Shown here: in pieces, positions 1-13,010 of the stretch
How positions within the stretch are numbered: position 1 is the stretch's first letter
How the letters are laid out: each line of letters begins with the position of its first letter
Assembly: GCF_001194135.2 (NCBI RefSeq)
Contig: NC_068993.1
Location: 22,113,798 to 22,177,797, forward strand
Length of the DNA stretch: 64,000 nt
From: Octopus bimaculoides
Lineage: Eukaryota
Direction of reading: 5' to 3'
Program-made: the position numbers and the translations under genes
Notes under the pieces: model-generated
What the model was told of the DNA's origin: nothing
Database searches by the model: none
The model's input: the letters and a program-made list of their open reading frames with translations, nothing else

Positions 1-869
1 ATATATATATATATATACGTATTAGAACGTTGGAATGAATGTTCAATGGTTTCTACGCGCGCATGTTTGTGAGTTTGTGTGTGTCTGTTTCTGTGTGTGT
101 TACTATCGATGTATGTCAAGCAGAAATATCGATTACATGAAGAGAGAGCGCGACAGATAACATTTGAGAATAGGCTTCAGTGTTCGAAATAAAGTGATAG
201 ATGGAGATTTATATACATGCACCTCATCAAAGCATTTAGCAAATGTTCTGATAATGGTTTCCCGTGAACACTAGAACTCCTCATAATCAATCATTATAAA
301 TTCTCTGGTCGCGTATTCCTGTCTCTCGGTATTTACATCATTATACATACCTGTGAATGTGTATGCGTATTTTTATACATACACGCACTCACAGAGAAAT
401 ATGCACATACAAAGACGCACACACACACACATATATATACATACATACAAACTATAACATATATATATATAAATACATACATATATATATGTGTGTGCGT
501 GTGCGTCTGTGTGTGTGTTTGTGTGCGTGTGTGTGTGCGTGTTTGTGTGTGTGTGTGTTGTGCAATTAATACTACTACTATTTATAGTAGCAACATCAGT
601 AGCAGGTGAAGTGGATGTCGAGTGAATGATAGGTACTTGTTTGTGCATTTGCGCGCGGACGTGTTTGTTCAAGTCTTTTCTGAGCCTATTGATTTGTGTC
701 CGCACTCAGATTTGAATATTTATGTGTGAGTGCATTTGTATGGGAAAGGGAGAGTGTCTTTTACGTATACCTGTGGGTCAAACAAACATCCATACTTTCA
801 TAGCTAGGCATGTGTGTATCTCTCTCTTTCTCTCTGTCTCTCTTTCTCTCTTTCTCTCAATTTCTCTCA

Positions 870-920
<51 letters not shown>

Positions 921-934
921 CATTTTTGCAGGCA

Positions 935-1283
935 TCTCCGACATTTGAACATCTCCCGGGCCGAGCTCTGGGCCCTTCGTTGTCTCCGACGCTGACAATA
1001 CATCATCAAGAAACCGGCTGACAATGGTGGATCTATGGTGATATGGCTTGCAAACCTCCATAAGCTGAAGCGCTCCGCAAACTTCAAGACATGCCTTTCT
1101 ATTACTCTCTGCGCTTCAACCACACACCACACTATGAACAGATTTTGTTTTCCACAATTCACGTCTTCATTTTCTCCTCCCCTACCTCCCATCATCTCCA
1201 ACCTCATTGTCCGTACCCCCCACACCCCCACTATTTACTTCTTTCTTAAAATCCACAAGCCCAACAATCCTGGCCGCCCATAG
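935..1283 (+). mobile_element. Penelope-like element fragment, region N-terminal to and entering the RT (degenerate)
   Basis: Frameshifted translation NISRAELWALRCLRR..IIKKPADNGGSMVIW...SNLIVRTPHTPTIYFFLKIHKPNNPGRP matches the PLE pattern NLSxxExxALxxL..IKPADKGGxxVxW..YxLPKIHKxxxPGRPI. Confidence 0.85.
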
Positions 1284-2820
1284 TTTGTTTTTGTTTAATT
1301 TCTGATTTAATGACAATTTGTCTCGATTACAAAAAAAAAAAAACATACTGTGTTCTTATAGTACTGCATACTTTGAGTTGGTTTAACAAGCTGAAACGTC
1401 TTTACGATCGCTCGCCTCAGCAACTGCATTTGCATTTCAGTAGTTTTTAAGCGATTGGTGATATCGTCTGCTAAACTTTAGCATGAAGATAGAGTCGACA
1501 TTAACATTATATGACATTACAACACTGAGATAATCTTCAATCAATAGTAGCAGGTCTTTCCTGCAGGTTGCCTTATTCGTCCATCTGTTTGTAAACTGTG
1601 ATATTCAGGAGATATTAACTGAAAATATTAGTGTGCTACAGATTACACCAACATCCAGGTAACTGAACAAATTAACATTCAATTTATCTTGACGAGGAGG
1701 ACATGAAGTTGATGTTATAAGAACACAGCCATCATGTTTCAAAACCTTTATTCGAACGCATGATAATTTCTTCCTTAACAGAGCCCAGACTTTTTCGGTT
1801 TCTGTTTCATTACCTTGATACTGATCAAGAGATATGCTGTTTTTATTTTATTTTCTCCTGTACTTCCAAAAGCAACATGTTCAATGCTACGATTATATTC
1901 TTAAAGAGTAAATACTGTCACTTTGAAGGCTGACAGTAATATTTTCCATTGTAACGAAACTTTTTTCTATTGTACGGAACTTTTCAGCGTAATAAATTGT
2001 AAGAAAGCCAAACTGCTTTATCAATTATCTTTCATCGACTGTATTTTATGTCGAATGTGGTTTACCTTCATATGTAGCTATTGTGCATCATTTCTTCGTC
2101 AGTAACATATTTCAACGCTCTTTATATTTCGTATACATCCAATCATCTTGTCAAGAATCTTTTGTCTCGATTTTTGTCGCCTGCTTCTGTTTATTTAGGT
2201 ATCTTTGCAACATTAAACTACTTGTTGAACTCCACTGTCCTTCAATCTCCTTTCGGTCTGGACATGAACAATAACAGCAATGTACTAAACGTTACAATAT
2301 ATAAACACTGATACAGAAGAGATTTGGTTGGGATGAAAGTACATCAATCTTACGTCACTCCACTTTGCACCTCACGGCTATCAGACGCAAGACATGTTAC
2401 TGAAGATTATATCAACGGCATCTATTTATAAAGTAAATCATTTGTATACAACAATTTACTTTGTGGAATTGCAGAAACTCTAAACCCACACTTACACCAC
2501 GTTGCGATTGCCTACCTCGTTTTCTTATGCTACTTATTGAAGGAAAACGAAACCTGACTGTGATCAATGCAAACGTTTCGACAAAAATAAATTTCGGTTT
2601 AGTAATATGCGCAACTGGAAAGTTAATTAGTAAAATAGTAGCAAAATATAAACAGTTTCTATAGAGATTTTAATGAGTATAATCGAATGTAAATCCTTGC
2701 TTAACCATGTTAGTAGGTTCCAGAAAAAGGGGGAAAAATCACTTCACTCTCGATTTTCTATGTTTAAAGCCAGTGCTAAAAACACTAAAATCTTCGAAAT
2801 AGATAAGGAAAGTATAAAGG

Positions 2821-3409
2821 CGAGGCAATTAACTGATCCCTGATTATAATTACGTATATAATTATAGAATATTTTGTATAATTCACCTAAGAAGGTTATT
2901 TTAACGTACTGACTACTTGGTAAAACGATTAATTACTAATTAATTAATTTTACCCTTTATTATTATTATTAAAATTATAATTTACTCCCTGATCGAAACT
3001 GCAGTTTTCTGCGATATTGATCGTAACACACACGTGGGTAGAAAGGATAAATATGTATTCACATTCGGCTGTAAATTTTGGGGAGTGCAGTTGAATATCA
3101 GTTATGCGATGACGCTTGATCGCGTACATATTTGATCTTAACACTCGTAAATTTATAACTCGAAATACTACACTGAAGAAAAAAATGGGTAAATATAATT
3201 TACTTTAATTTCGAAACGCGTCTGTGGTTAATCGAAGTCGTGTGGATTCATCATTTCTTCTTTTTGCCCACATAAAAAAGTGTGCTACTGTCTCGGAGAT
3301 AAATATGGTACTTGAAAAGACATTAGCGTCTATTTCTAATTCGCTACGTGGCGAAGCAATTACCTGACCCCTGATTATAATTATGTATATAATTATAGAA
3401 TATGTTGTA
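2821..3409 (+). repeat. ~58 bp direct repeat pair (2821-2878, 3352-3409) bracketing a hammerhead motif; probable PLE pseudo-LTR remnant
   Basis: gcaattaactgatccctgattataattacgtatataattatagaatatt versus gcaattacctgacccctgattataattatgtatataattatagaatatg. Confidence 0.6.
3167..3228 (+). ncRNA. Minimal type I hammerhead ribozyme motif
   Basis: ACTACA-CTGAAGA-[hairpin GGGTAAAT/ATTTACTT]-C-GAAAC-GC-GTC-TGTGGT; helix I 6 bp (one G-U), palindromic ACGCGT helix III, GUC cleavage triplet; first helix II pair is an A-C mismatch. Confidence 0.7.
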
Positions 3410-4023
3410 GGTGTATAGATAGATGGAAAGTGTAGAAGCATGTGAACGTTCTTTGCATTAAAAGGAAGCAATAGTGCAAAACTTGTTTCCTACAACTACA
3501 CATTACCTGCAAAATGTTTTTTTGTTTTAGTTTGAATGATACCATGAGCTATTGTATTGTACACTTATAAGATCGATACGTAACATACTATCACCTGGTT
3601 TTATAGTTATAAAGGTAGCGTATATTATTAAAACAAAACAAGTAAAATTATAATGTTGCTGTGTAGCCGTCAATAACACGAATAGAATGGCGTCTTTAAG
3701 TATACGTGTTTAAGAATGCGTGGGTATGATTGTGAGTGTATTTTGTGTAGCATACAAATGTTTACAAGGGTTTGAATAAGATAAGCTGTAAATTAAAGTG
3801 TAGTACAAACATGAGCTGGTTGGATGTCTCATGCTTTTGAATTACCCAGCTTTCTGCGGGCTATGTGCTTTTGTTTGTATATAGAAACACGTGCGCATGC
3901 ACAGATATATGTATGGGGGTGTATTTACGTATATGTGTGTTTGTGTGTGGGGGGTTGTATGTGTATGCGTGTGCACAAACATGTGATTTCAGATAGAAAT
4001 ACACACGCACACACATATGAATA

Positions 4024-4070
<47 letters not shown>

Positions 4071-4366
4071 TGTATCTTCTTGTGGATGTAGGAAAAATTT
4101 TCAAAAAAGAGTAATTAAATATCCATTTCTGTCATTAAAGCATTTGGTCTCCTGTCTTCAAATCTCTCTCACAAATACATCAGCTTCTTTATTCCTTCTC
4201 TCTTTATCATTTATTTTTTTGTTTACCCTCCTTTGTCTTTCTGCCATCTCAATGTCTATTTTCCCCAAGATAAATCTATAAGGAATATGGAAAACCTATT
4301 AGAATTGTATTTATTAACATTCAGTTCGTTGTTCTGTTTTATATGTATTTGTTTATTGATATATAC

Positions 4367-4414
<48 letters not shown>

Positions 4415-4939
4415 TGCAAAATGTTCCTTTGAATGATACTTAACTCCAAACGTATGATACATCTATTTAGCTCGATTCTTTTACATCGTCTTCCCTTCAA
4501 TCCTTATAGAACATACTCTACTATATACACAACTAAGCACAGATATGCACATACAATCTTAAATTCTAATATCGCCTGTGACACGTCAGATGCGTACATC
4601 GTTACAGAGATGCACACATAGATATCTACATGTGACCACATCGTATACACACATACACTTACTTACATATATACATATATGTATATATAGCCAAACACGG
4701 GTTTTTCTTGGACTATTCTTTTCGTTCTCCCTGAACCTTTTCTCTTTCCTCTTTCCTACAAAGAACCATACTCGAACCGTTACACACACCCTCTATTTTC
4801 CAATATAAACTCAGCGTCAACCTGATATATGCAGTGTACATCCTTGTGAATTTTGTTGCTTTAGTTTTATTTTTGTGTTTATTATCGATATGCATATATC
4901 TTACACACATACACACATACACATATGTACATATATACA

Positions 4940-4987
<48 letters not shown>

Positions 4988-6120
4988 TGTGTGTGTACCT
5001 GACAGAGTTTGTGTGTATGTATTATCTACATGTATGTATATGTGTCTTTGGTATAACTTTAAACTGCACCAGATAATTGCGCCCGGGTACAGAAGTTCGA
5101 AGGTTCTGAGGAGTGTGAAGACACCACTAAGCCTGCCTGGGTCGCAGTGTGAATTAATCACTATGTAAGTAGAGGTGGTCACTGGAGCGAAACAAAAGTG
5201 GTTACGTTGAAATCATGGGATGCAGCATGAGGATGTGAACTATTTTGGCGAATATGCTTATTGAGTCAATGACAACTATCACTGGATGCTGATCGGATAA
5301 AAAAAAAACAAACACTAAATGGTGAGATGGTGGTGGTAGTGATGGTGAAGATGAGGGTGATGGTGGTGGTGGTGGTTGTGATGGTAGTGGTAGTGGTGGT
5401 GATGATGATGATGCCGACGGTGACGATGTATCTACATAATTTTATGTTTACATCTCTAAAGAAGTAATTGAATACACAAGAGATGTAATAGATTTGTTTT
5501 CATTTGCAAGAACAATGATTCACTCCTTAACAACTCGGAGTGTCAATTCGGAGTGTCAAGACGTTCGTTGCGAAAAACAGGGGTCGATATAACAGCTACT
5601 GGTTTCTTGGTTAGTGGGGAACAGGTGATGAGGTGCAAGGTCCGTTCTTGACTTTGGTGGAAGGTAGTAGGGAATAATTGATGTGTGAGTGTGTGTGTGT
5701 GTGTGTGTCTGCACGCCTATGTGAAACAGGATCCGTTACTGACATCCCATACAGACAGAAATAGCTTCGCAAATGAATAGATGTAGTAGCTATTTTATTT
5801 CTGTTCCAGACAAAATATATAAGTTACACCATGTATATTCATTTTATAGCAAATCTCATTGCACATGCTAAAAGATAAGCGTATGCACACTTACCTACAC
5901 CTACAAGTAATATGCTGTATAATATATGAATGCTTGGAAAATGCTTCGCGGTGGTGCCAATAGTCTTCAACGTATGATTAGTTATTAAGTAAACATTAAT
6001 AACAAAAGTAACAACAGTAACAACTATAATAATATATATATAATGATAATAAGAAGAAGAAGAGGAAGAGGGTAAGAAGGAGGAATGGAATGATGATGGT
6101 AATAATGTAAATTACAATAA

Positions 6121-6235
6121 TGGTTCCAAATTTTGAGACAAGGGCAGCGAATTTTGGCGAGGAGATGAGTCGATTATAACAACCCCAATATTTCACTACT
6201 AAGGTGTGCTAACGATCCTGCTAGCTCGCCGCCTT
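6121..6235 (-). mobile_element. tRNA-derived SINE family A, internally deleted copy
   Basis: Head (aaggcggcgagctagcaggatcgttagcac on minus) joined to tail segment; followed by (TAA)n. Confidence 0.7.
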
Positions 6236-6280
<45 letters not shown>

Positions 6281-6494
6281 CCTTTCTACTGTAGGCACAA
6301 GGCTTGAAATTTTGGAGGAGGAGACTAGTCAATTACTTCGACCCCAATGCTTCCCTGGTACTTAATTTATCGACCTCGAAAGGATGAAAGGCTAAGTCGA
6401 CCTCGGCGGAATATGAACTCAGAGGGTAAAGGCCGACGAAATACCGCTAAGCATTTCGCCCGGCGTGCTAACGATTCTGCAAGCTCACCACCTT
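6281..6494 (-). mobile_element. tRNA-derived SINE family A, full length
   Basis: Minus strand: aaggtggtgagcttgcagaatcgttagcacgccgggcgaaatgcttagcggtatttcg..gagttcatattccgccgaggtcgacttagcctttcatcctttcgaggtcgataaattaagtaccag; A/B-box-like head; flanked by (TAA)n. Confidence 0.9.
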
Positions 6495-6498
6495 CATA

Positions 6499-6571
<73 letters not shown>

Positions 6572-7142
6572 TGATAATAANNNNNNNNNNGGGTAAAACT
6601 CTTAGATATTTTCGTGAGATTTCATTTAGTTTAAACTTTTGTTTCCGCTTCATAGAATATTGGTCTACCTTCATAAGATATTTTGCCTTCTTCGGCTGAG
6701 ACATTTTTTCTTCTTCGAGGAAATTGTATCCTACTTGGCATTCTTCGTATTTTTATAGCTTATTTCTATTATTTCTCTATTCGGTCATTCCACTTTTTAA
6801 ACTTTTATTTATTCATTTATTTGTATATTTTTGAAAAACATACTTTACCTGTCCGATTTCATTTGAACCTTAAAACTGGAAGTAGCGTTACTGATGTTTG
6901 GGAGTAATACATTTTATGATAGCCCTTGTTGTTGCTAGGGAGGTCATTTCTTGACATTACTGATTTCAGCCAGTAAAAACTTTTTGGGGATTTCATGTTT
7001 GAGTCTTGGTGATGAGGCAATTTTATCCGACGATTCACACGTGATGCCAATTTCAGACCTAAGCCTTGCTGTTTCTTTTATTCTTTTACACTCATTTTCC
7101 CATTGTTTTGCTATCACACATGTAACAGTTGGTTTTTCTAAG

Positions 7143-7222
7143 CTTGAACTCAGAACGGGAGGGCAGAGGGAATGCCACTAAACGTTTTGCCCGACGTGCT
7201 AATAATTCTGCCAGCTCGCCGT
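7143..7222 (-). mobile_element. SINE family A, 5' fragment
   Basis: ttgaactcag..ttttgcccgacgtgctaataattctgccagctcgccg then (TAA)n. Confidence 0.75.
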
Positions 7223-7223
7223 C

Positions 7224-7308
<85 letters not shown>

Positions 7309-7309
<1 letters not shown>

Positions 7310-7438
7310 TTCTTCAAATGTTCTGACCCTAAATGCAGAAACTGCGACACATTTGACGAAACAGTAGACCATCTTGTCACGGGATGTCCTCTGCTGACAG
7401 CAAACGAATATAAAAATCGCCACGATAGGGTAGGATAG
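7309..7438 (+). mobile_element. R4/Dong-type RLE LINE fragment (CCHC knuckle + RHD motif)
   Basis: CSDPKCRNCDTFDETVDHLVTGCPLLTANEYKNRHDRVG, directly after (TAA)n 7223-7308. Confidence 0.85.
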
Positions 7439-7439
7439 T

Positions 7440-7730
7440 ATTGATCGTGTAGTTCCTTAGGTAATTCTTCTTCATTTCCTTTTTGTACTCTTCTCTGAAT
7501 ACTCCCTCACTCCTAACTGTTTCTTGCAAAGTTTCCTTACTTTGGGCTAGGTATCTCATTAAGCTCTCGAACTCGATACGCGCGCAGTCTGAGCTAGGTA
7601 GCAATCAGCCCCTTTTGCTATGATTCCCAGGGCACCTATGACAACAGATATTGTTTTAGTCTTCAGGTTCCACATTTTGCTAATTTCTATTTCAAGATCT
7701 TTATATTTGCTCAGTTTTTCGTAGGTCTTG

Positions 7731-7735
<5 letters not shown>
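7440..7735 (-). mobile_element. R4/Dong-type LINE fragments, C-terminal RLE and post-RT pieces
   Basis: DKTYEKLSKYKDLEIEISKMWNLKTKTISVVIGALGIIAKGADCYLAQ and ESLMRYLAQSKETLQETV; preceded on minus by (AAC/AAT)n. Confidence 0.8.
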
Positions 7736-7810
<75 letters not shown>

Positions 7811-8145
7811 ATTGTTACTATTTGCTTTGCTTGTCACGAGAGCATCGGATAAAGAGGATGCAGAAGATTTAGCAAAGACAAGTAACATAAATTAATAGTG
7901 ATTATACCGAAATTGATTGGGGAAAATATCGAAGTGGGTAACAATATAAATAGAATACAGTTGCTTTGCTATCCTCTTGATATTGAAAAATCACCAGCTA
8001 GGGTCATTCAACTATCTTCTTAGATCATTGATTAGGCGACACAGCACAGAGAAGATTGGCTAAGTAAGTTAGAAATCGAAGCTTGTATGTGTGTGTTACG
8101 CTTCATCTGGTGGTCCTGTAAGGAAAGGAAATTGTGTTTATGATA

Positions 8146-8205
<60 letters not shown>

Positions 8206-8261
8206 GTGGTAGTGTGACTTCTGTTGTTGATGATGGTAGGTGTGTGACTGAGGTGGTGACG

Positions 8262-8298
<37 letters not shown>

Positions 8299-8317
8299 TG
8301 ATGATGATGATGATGAT

Positions 8318-9132
8318 GATAAGTGAATTCCAAATACAACAAATCCCAGAATTAGACGTACAGGAAGCAAGCACAGGAAAAGCTAAGCGTAAGAAAACCT
8401 TTGCTAAAACTTAGATATCCTTACAGATAACTGGCAAGAAAAATCTCTCAATGACAAATACTCGAAATGTACTAATAGTGCTGATGTTGACAAAGCCCTT
8501 ACCCATCAATGGTTAGTGTCTTTTGGCTTAAAATCAGAAACAGAAGGGTTTACCATAGCAGACCAAGATCAGTGCTTACCTACAAGGAACTACCAGGACA
8601 ACATTTTAAAGAATGGCAGTAGCCCATCACGGCATGTATGTAAACAGTAAAATGAAACCATTTGTTGTTGTTTCCATGTGCAGTTTTCTTGCGCCTACAG
8701 AGTATCTCAACAGGCATGATAGCGCAGCAAAATATATTCACTAGGTAATTTACAAAAACCTGGACCTGCACCATGATACAAACTTGTGGGAACACAAACC
8801 GCCTCCGGTGCTTGAAAATGATCACATCTCACTCTTCCGGAACTTCACCATTCAAACTGACAGAAAGACAGATGCAAATAAGCCAGACATTATATTGAAA
8901 GACTTCAGACAGAAATCATGCCTCTTCATTGTCAAGCCCTACTAAAAACTGAGCAAGTACAAAGACCTGGAAGTAGAAATTGGCAAAATGTGGAAACTCA
9001 AGACTAAAACAATACCTGTTATCATAGGTGCTCTAGGAATGAGAGCAAAAGGGGCTAATTGTTATCTAGCTCAGATACTAGGAAACCTCAAAATGGCAGA
9101 AATTCAAAAGATAGTGCTCATGGGAACTGCCA
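8318..9132 (+). mobile_element. R4/Dong-type LINE 3' portion (degenerate)
   Basis: W-EK...DKALTHQWL..GLKSETEGFTIADQDQCLPTRNYQ..EYLNRHD..W-HKPPPVLENDHISLF-NFTIQTDRKTDANKPDIILKD..KLSKYKDLEVEIGKMWKLKTKTIPVIIGALG; PD-(D/E)xK RLE motif; preceded by (TAA)n(TGA)n. Confidence 0.9.
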
Positions 9133-9134
9133 AA

Positions 9135-9730
9135 GATTATAGTATATAATAGAGCAATGAAAGAAACACTGAATGATGAAACTGGTCTGACATTAATAAT
9201 CTTGTACTCTCTACGGCGAAGGCTTTGAGCAACCAAATTGGACTGAAAAGAAGAAGAATAATAACAAAGAAGTCATCAAGCAAAGGCAGTAGAAAGTAAA
9301 AATATGAAAGAAATTTAAAACCTAAGAGGAGAGCTGTCGATTGTTGGGAAACTTTCTAAGGGAATAAACGTCAAAGCTAGGAAAGGAAAATAAGTTAAAA
9401 CAACAGACGAACAAAGTCTCCCTCATATCAGAGAGACCCCGAAATATTGCATAGCAGTCAAAATGGAAAACAGAAAATATGAAAAAAAAAAGAAGGGAAT
9501 TCTACAGACAGATTAAGATTTTCCAAAGTGCGGTGAAGAAATTTTATAGGGAAATTGGGAAAAGAACCAAGAGAAATAAAGGACCTAACTAATATGGAAG
9601 AAGTTGAGGAATCTTGGAAGAACATCTCGTGTAACTCAAATGGATTTAACGAAGAAAATAGTGGAATCAAGAGGATAAAATGAAAGGATAGAAAATGTGA
9701 AACAACAATGCGAAGAATTTGAAATGACTG
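9135..9730 (+). mobile_element. R4/Dong-type LINE pre-RT region fragment
   Basis: Degenerate RKYEK-REFYRQIKIFQSAVKKFYREIGK..NMEEVEESWKNI, typical of the region just before the Dong RT. Confidence 0.65.
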
Positions 9731-11097
9731 AGGTGTGGCTAATCTTTAGCAAAACGGAATTCTGAACTCAATACTTTTTGAATGAATACATACTTTTCTT
9801 GAAGAAAACACCAATTTTCCTCAAGAGAAAAAAAGCAAGTAGAATTCCTATAGATGTAAAAATCAGTTCGTCGTAGGAAGAATATCAACTTAAGTATTAC
9901 ATGGATTGTTTACTGAAAAGCATTCAACAGTGTTCTACATCAGTGTACATTGAAAGCATAAGAAATATACAAGATCACTCCAGTAATCTTTAACTCTCTT
10001 CGGCATAGTATAACAAAATAGACATTTGTCATTGTAAACGACGGAAACGAAGTTATGCAATCAATCAAAGTCAAAATGAATGCGAAGTACCGCTGATATG
10101 ACAGTTAAAAAGTTAGCGACTCGTAGAAAGAAAGCTACACGTATCTATCTTTTGTTATGCTCATGTTCTGATTGAGTTAGGACCAACGATGAGTAGCTTG
10201 AGAATTGTCTCAGTAATATCGCTTATCCTGCAAAATTAAAATATGGTGAATACAGTCGAGGTGCGTAGCATTACAAACTTTCTAGCGAAAAGTAGAGGGA
10301 AAATTATAGACCGCTGCTTGCATTTTAAACCTGTATGTATGTATGAGTATTTGCGTGTATGCGTCAGTGAATGTGTATGCATGTATGTATGTATGTACGT
10401 ACGTATGTATATATGTATGTGTTAGTGAATGTGTGTGTATGTAGGTATGTATATATGAGAGGAAAAGAAAGAGAGAGAAAGAGAAAGGGAGGGTGACTGT
10501 GTTTGTGAGTGTGCTGTAAATGAAAATAAATATGATACAAATAGCAGCTGAATGAAATGTAAATTGATTCCTAGCTCGCAAATCGGAATAATTTGCTTTA
10601 CTGATGTCACGCGAATATCATGAGATTCTGAATCAGCGTTTTGTATGTAGACGGTAAATAGCATGAGCAGAGAGAGTGCGATGTCGTTTAAAAATTGGTT
10701 TCAGTAACCAGGAGGTATCACTTATTCAATTATTTCTTTGTAATTAAGTAATTGGGCTTAAATCACGAGAAAAATAATTAAGGTTTGGCCCTTTAAAGTT
10801 AAATGTCTCGATGTAACATGTTTGTATGCAGTGCTGTGAAGACAGGCGTACATGCATAAGTGCTAATCTGTATGCATCTGCCTGCATGAACATTTGGCTT
10901 TGTGATGTGCATACAATGCCTCTGAATATATGTTGCTGAAAGTAAATGTAAATAAATGTGTTATTGTTCGTCTGTGCACTCTCAGATATACACATATACA
11001 CACAAGTGCGTTTGCATCAGTACAAACTCTGAAATATGCACAAACGGACTCACACAGACACACAGAGACACACACACACACACACAAATATATTACC

Positions 11098-11137
11098 GGC
11101 CATGACGAAGGGAACTAGCCCTGAAACTCGAGTCGCC
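11098..11137 (+). ncRNA. Minimal type I hammerhead ribozyme motif (one extra nt in core)
   Basis: GGC-CATGACGA-AGGG(AACTAG)CCCT-GAAAC-TCGA-GTC-GCC; all three helices pair; palindromic ACTCGAGT helix III. Confidence 0.65.
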
Positions 11138-11514
11138 TTTATATATTTATATTTATATATTTATATATTTGATCCTTTATATTGAACACTCAATATTTCA
11201 TCTACATTCAATACTTTCTTTCATGGTGCCATCCATTTTTATTTTATTTTATTTCATATTATATATTGTATATTATATTATATATTGTATATTCCATATT
11301 CTATACCCCACATTGGTTCTGCAGGAATATAAATAAAACAAANNNNNNNNNNNNNNNNNNNNNNNNNNNNNNNNNNNNNNNNNNNNNNNNNNNNNNNNNN
11401 NNNNNNNNNNNNNNNNNNNNNNNNNNNNNNNNNNNNNNNNNNNNNNNNNNNNNNNNNNNNNNNNNNNNNNNNNNNNNNNNNNNNNNNNNNNNNNNNNNNN
11501 NNNNNNNNNNNNNN

Positions 11515-11569
<55 letters not shown>

Positions 11570-11644
11570 CATACACACACACACATTTTATATGTATATA
11601 TCTACACACACACATGTACACACATACAAATACACATATACAAT

Positions 11645-12210
11645 GTGCAGTGGGTAAATTATCGCCATTACATCTTTTTACTTTGACGCATACGCATTGT
11701 TTGTTTTTGATTTTGGTGACTACACAGTATAGTAGGATCACCTGGGCACCGTCTTCGAAAAAATAGCACCATTATGCAATTCACTCTGCAGAAATTTGGA
11801 AATAATATGCTGTAGTGTTTGGCTTTCGCACCGGAAGCTCCAGCACGAACATCTCAGTGTGTTTGGGTGTCAATCTAAGGACAGTCCCCAAAATATACTG
11901 AGAGTGATAAAAATCAAACATCTAGTTTGGAATGATAATAGTGGTGGTGACGTTATGTCTCCATTCCTCATGCCACACTGCCTCAGACTCAACACGGATA
12001 CCTACATCAAGTGCTTTTAGGAGGCACTGCTGCTCTAGATCAAGAGGTTGACTGCTGGAAGACCCAATGTCAGGCAACAGGACTGTACACCATGCCACAC
12101 AAGCAGGAGAACCTAATCATGGCTGTGAGACAATTTTTGCAACGACATCACCCCTAACATCTAGTCACCTAACTCCGCAGACTGCAACTCCTTTGGTTAT
12201 TATGTGTGGG

Positions 12211-12212
<2 letters not shown>
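11645..12212 (+). mobile_element. maT/DD37D-type Tc1/mariner transposon, internally deleted
   Basis: GGDVMSPFLMPHCLRLNTDTYIKCF..QQDCTPCHTSRRT..TPNI*SPNSADCNSFGYYVWG; 5' end similar to 56870-57050. Confidence 0.8.
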
Positions 12213-12245
<33 letters not shown>

Positions 12246-12660
12246 NNNNNNNNNNNNNNNNNNNNNNNNNNNNNNNNNNNNNNNNNNNNNNNNNNNNNNN
12301 NNNNNNNNNNNNNNNNNNNNNNNNNNNNNNNNNNNNNNNNNGAATAAATATTCGTACATGTCAAAATTTTTTATTTATTTAATTTCTAATGAACATAAAT
12401 GGGATATACCAATACTATATTTGCATACACATGCATAAACTAAGAATATGCAAAAGAAACTAATAAATTATAGTAACTAATGAATTTATATACAAATATA
12501 AATATTTAGGGGTGAAAAAAGAGAGCAGGTTTTGAGTATGTTCTACCCTTATGTTAATTCCAATATCTCCGACATATTTCTGAAATCTGGTTGTTACTGC
12601 TACAGCTACTGGGATGGTAGTTACTTGGTTGTTAGAGCTCTCATTATTTTTATTGTTATT

Positions 12661-13010
12661 AAGGCGGTGAGTTAGAAGAATCTTTAGCACGTTGGACAAA
12701 ATGCTTAGTGGTATATTCTTTCGTATCTACATTCCTCCGAAGGCGATTGAATTTTCTCTTTTCGGAGTCGATAAAATATGTACCTGTCAAGTATTGAAGT
12801 CGAAGTAATCGATTAGTCCCCTTCCTCCGCAATTTCATGCCTTGTGCCTATAGTAGAAAGTATTATTACTAAACCGGCGAGCTGGCGCAGTTGTTACCGC
12901 TCTATGAATGAAGCTGAGCGGCATTTTCATCTGATTTGCATTCAATTTCCGCTTTGGTTGACTTTGTCTTTTATCCCCCTGGGTCGACGAAATGAGGACC
13001 AGTTGAGCAC
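12661..13010 (+). mobile_element. Two head-to-tail degenerate SINE family A copies
   Basis: aaggcggtgagttagaagaatctttagcacg..gccttgtgcctatagtagaaagtattatt then ccggcgagctggcgcag..ctgggtcgacgaaatgaggaccagttgagcac. Confidence 0.75.

Noticed and set aside
1567-1658. AG..GT-bounded 92 nt open segment (VALFVHLFVNCDIQEILTENISVLQITPTS)
   Set aside because: Short and unrecognisable; expected by chance.
5073-5164. AG..GTAAGT-bounded 92 nt segment (IIAPGYRSSKVLRSVKTPLSLPGSQCELIT)
   Set aside because: Good donor but no homology or other support.
6236-6580. SINE-(TAA)n-SINE periodicity as a CRISPR-like array
   Set aside because: Eukaryotic SINE copies with microsatellite spacers; no fixed repeat-spacer structure or cas genes.
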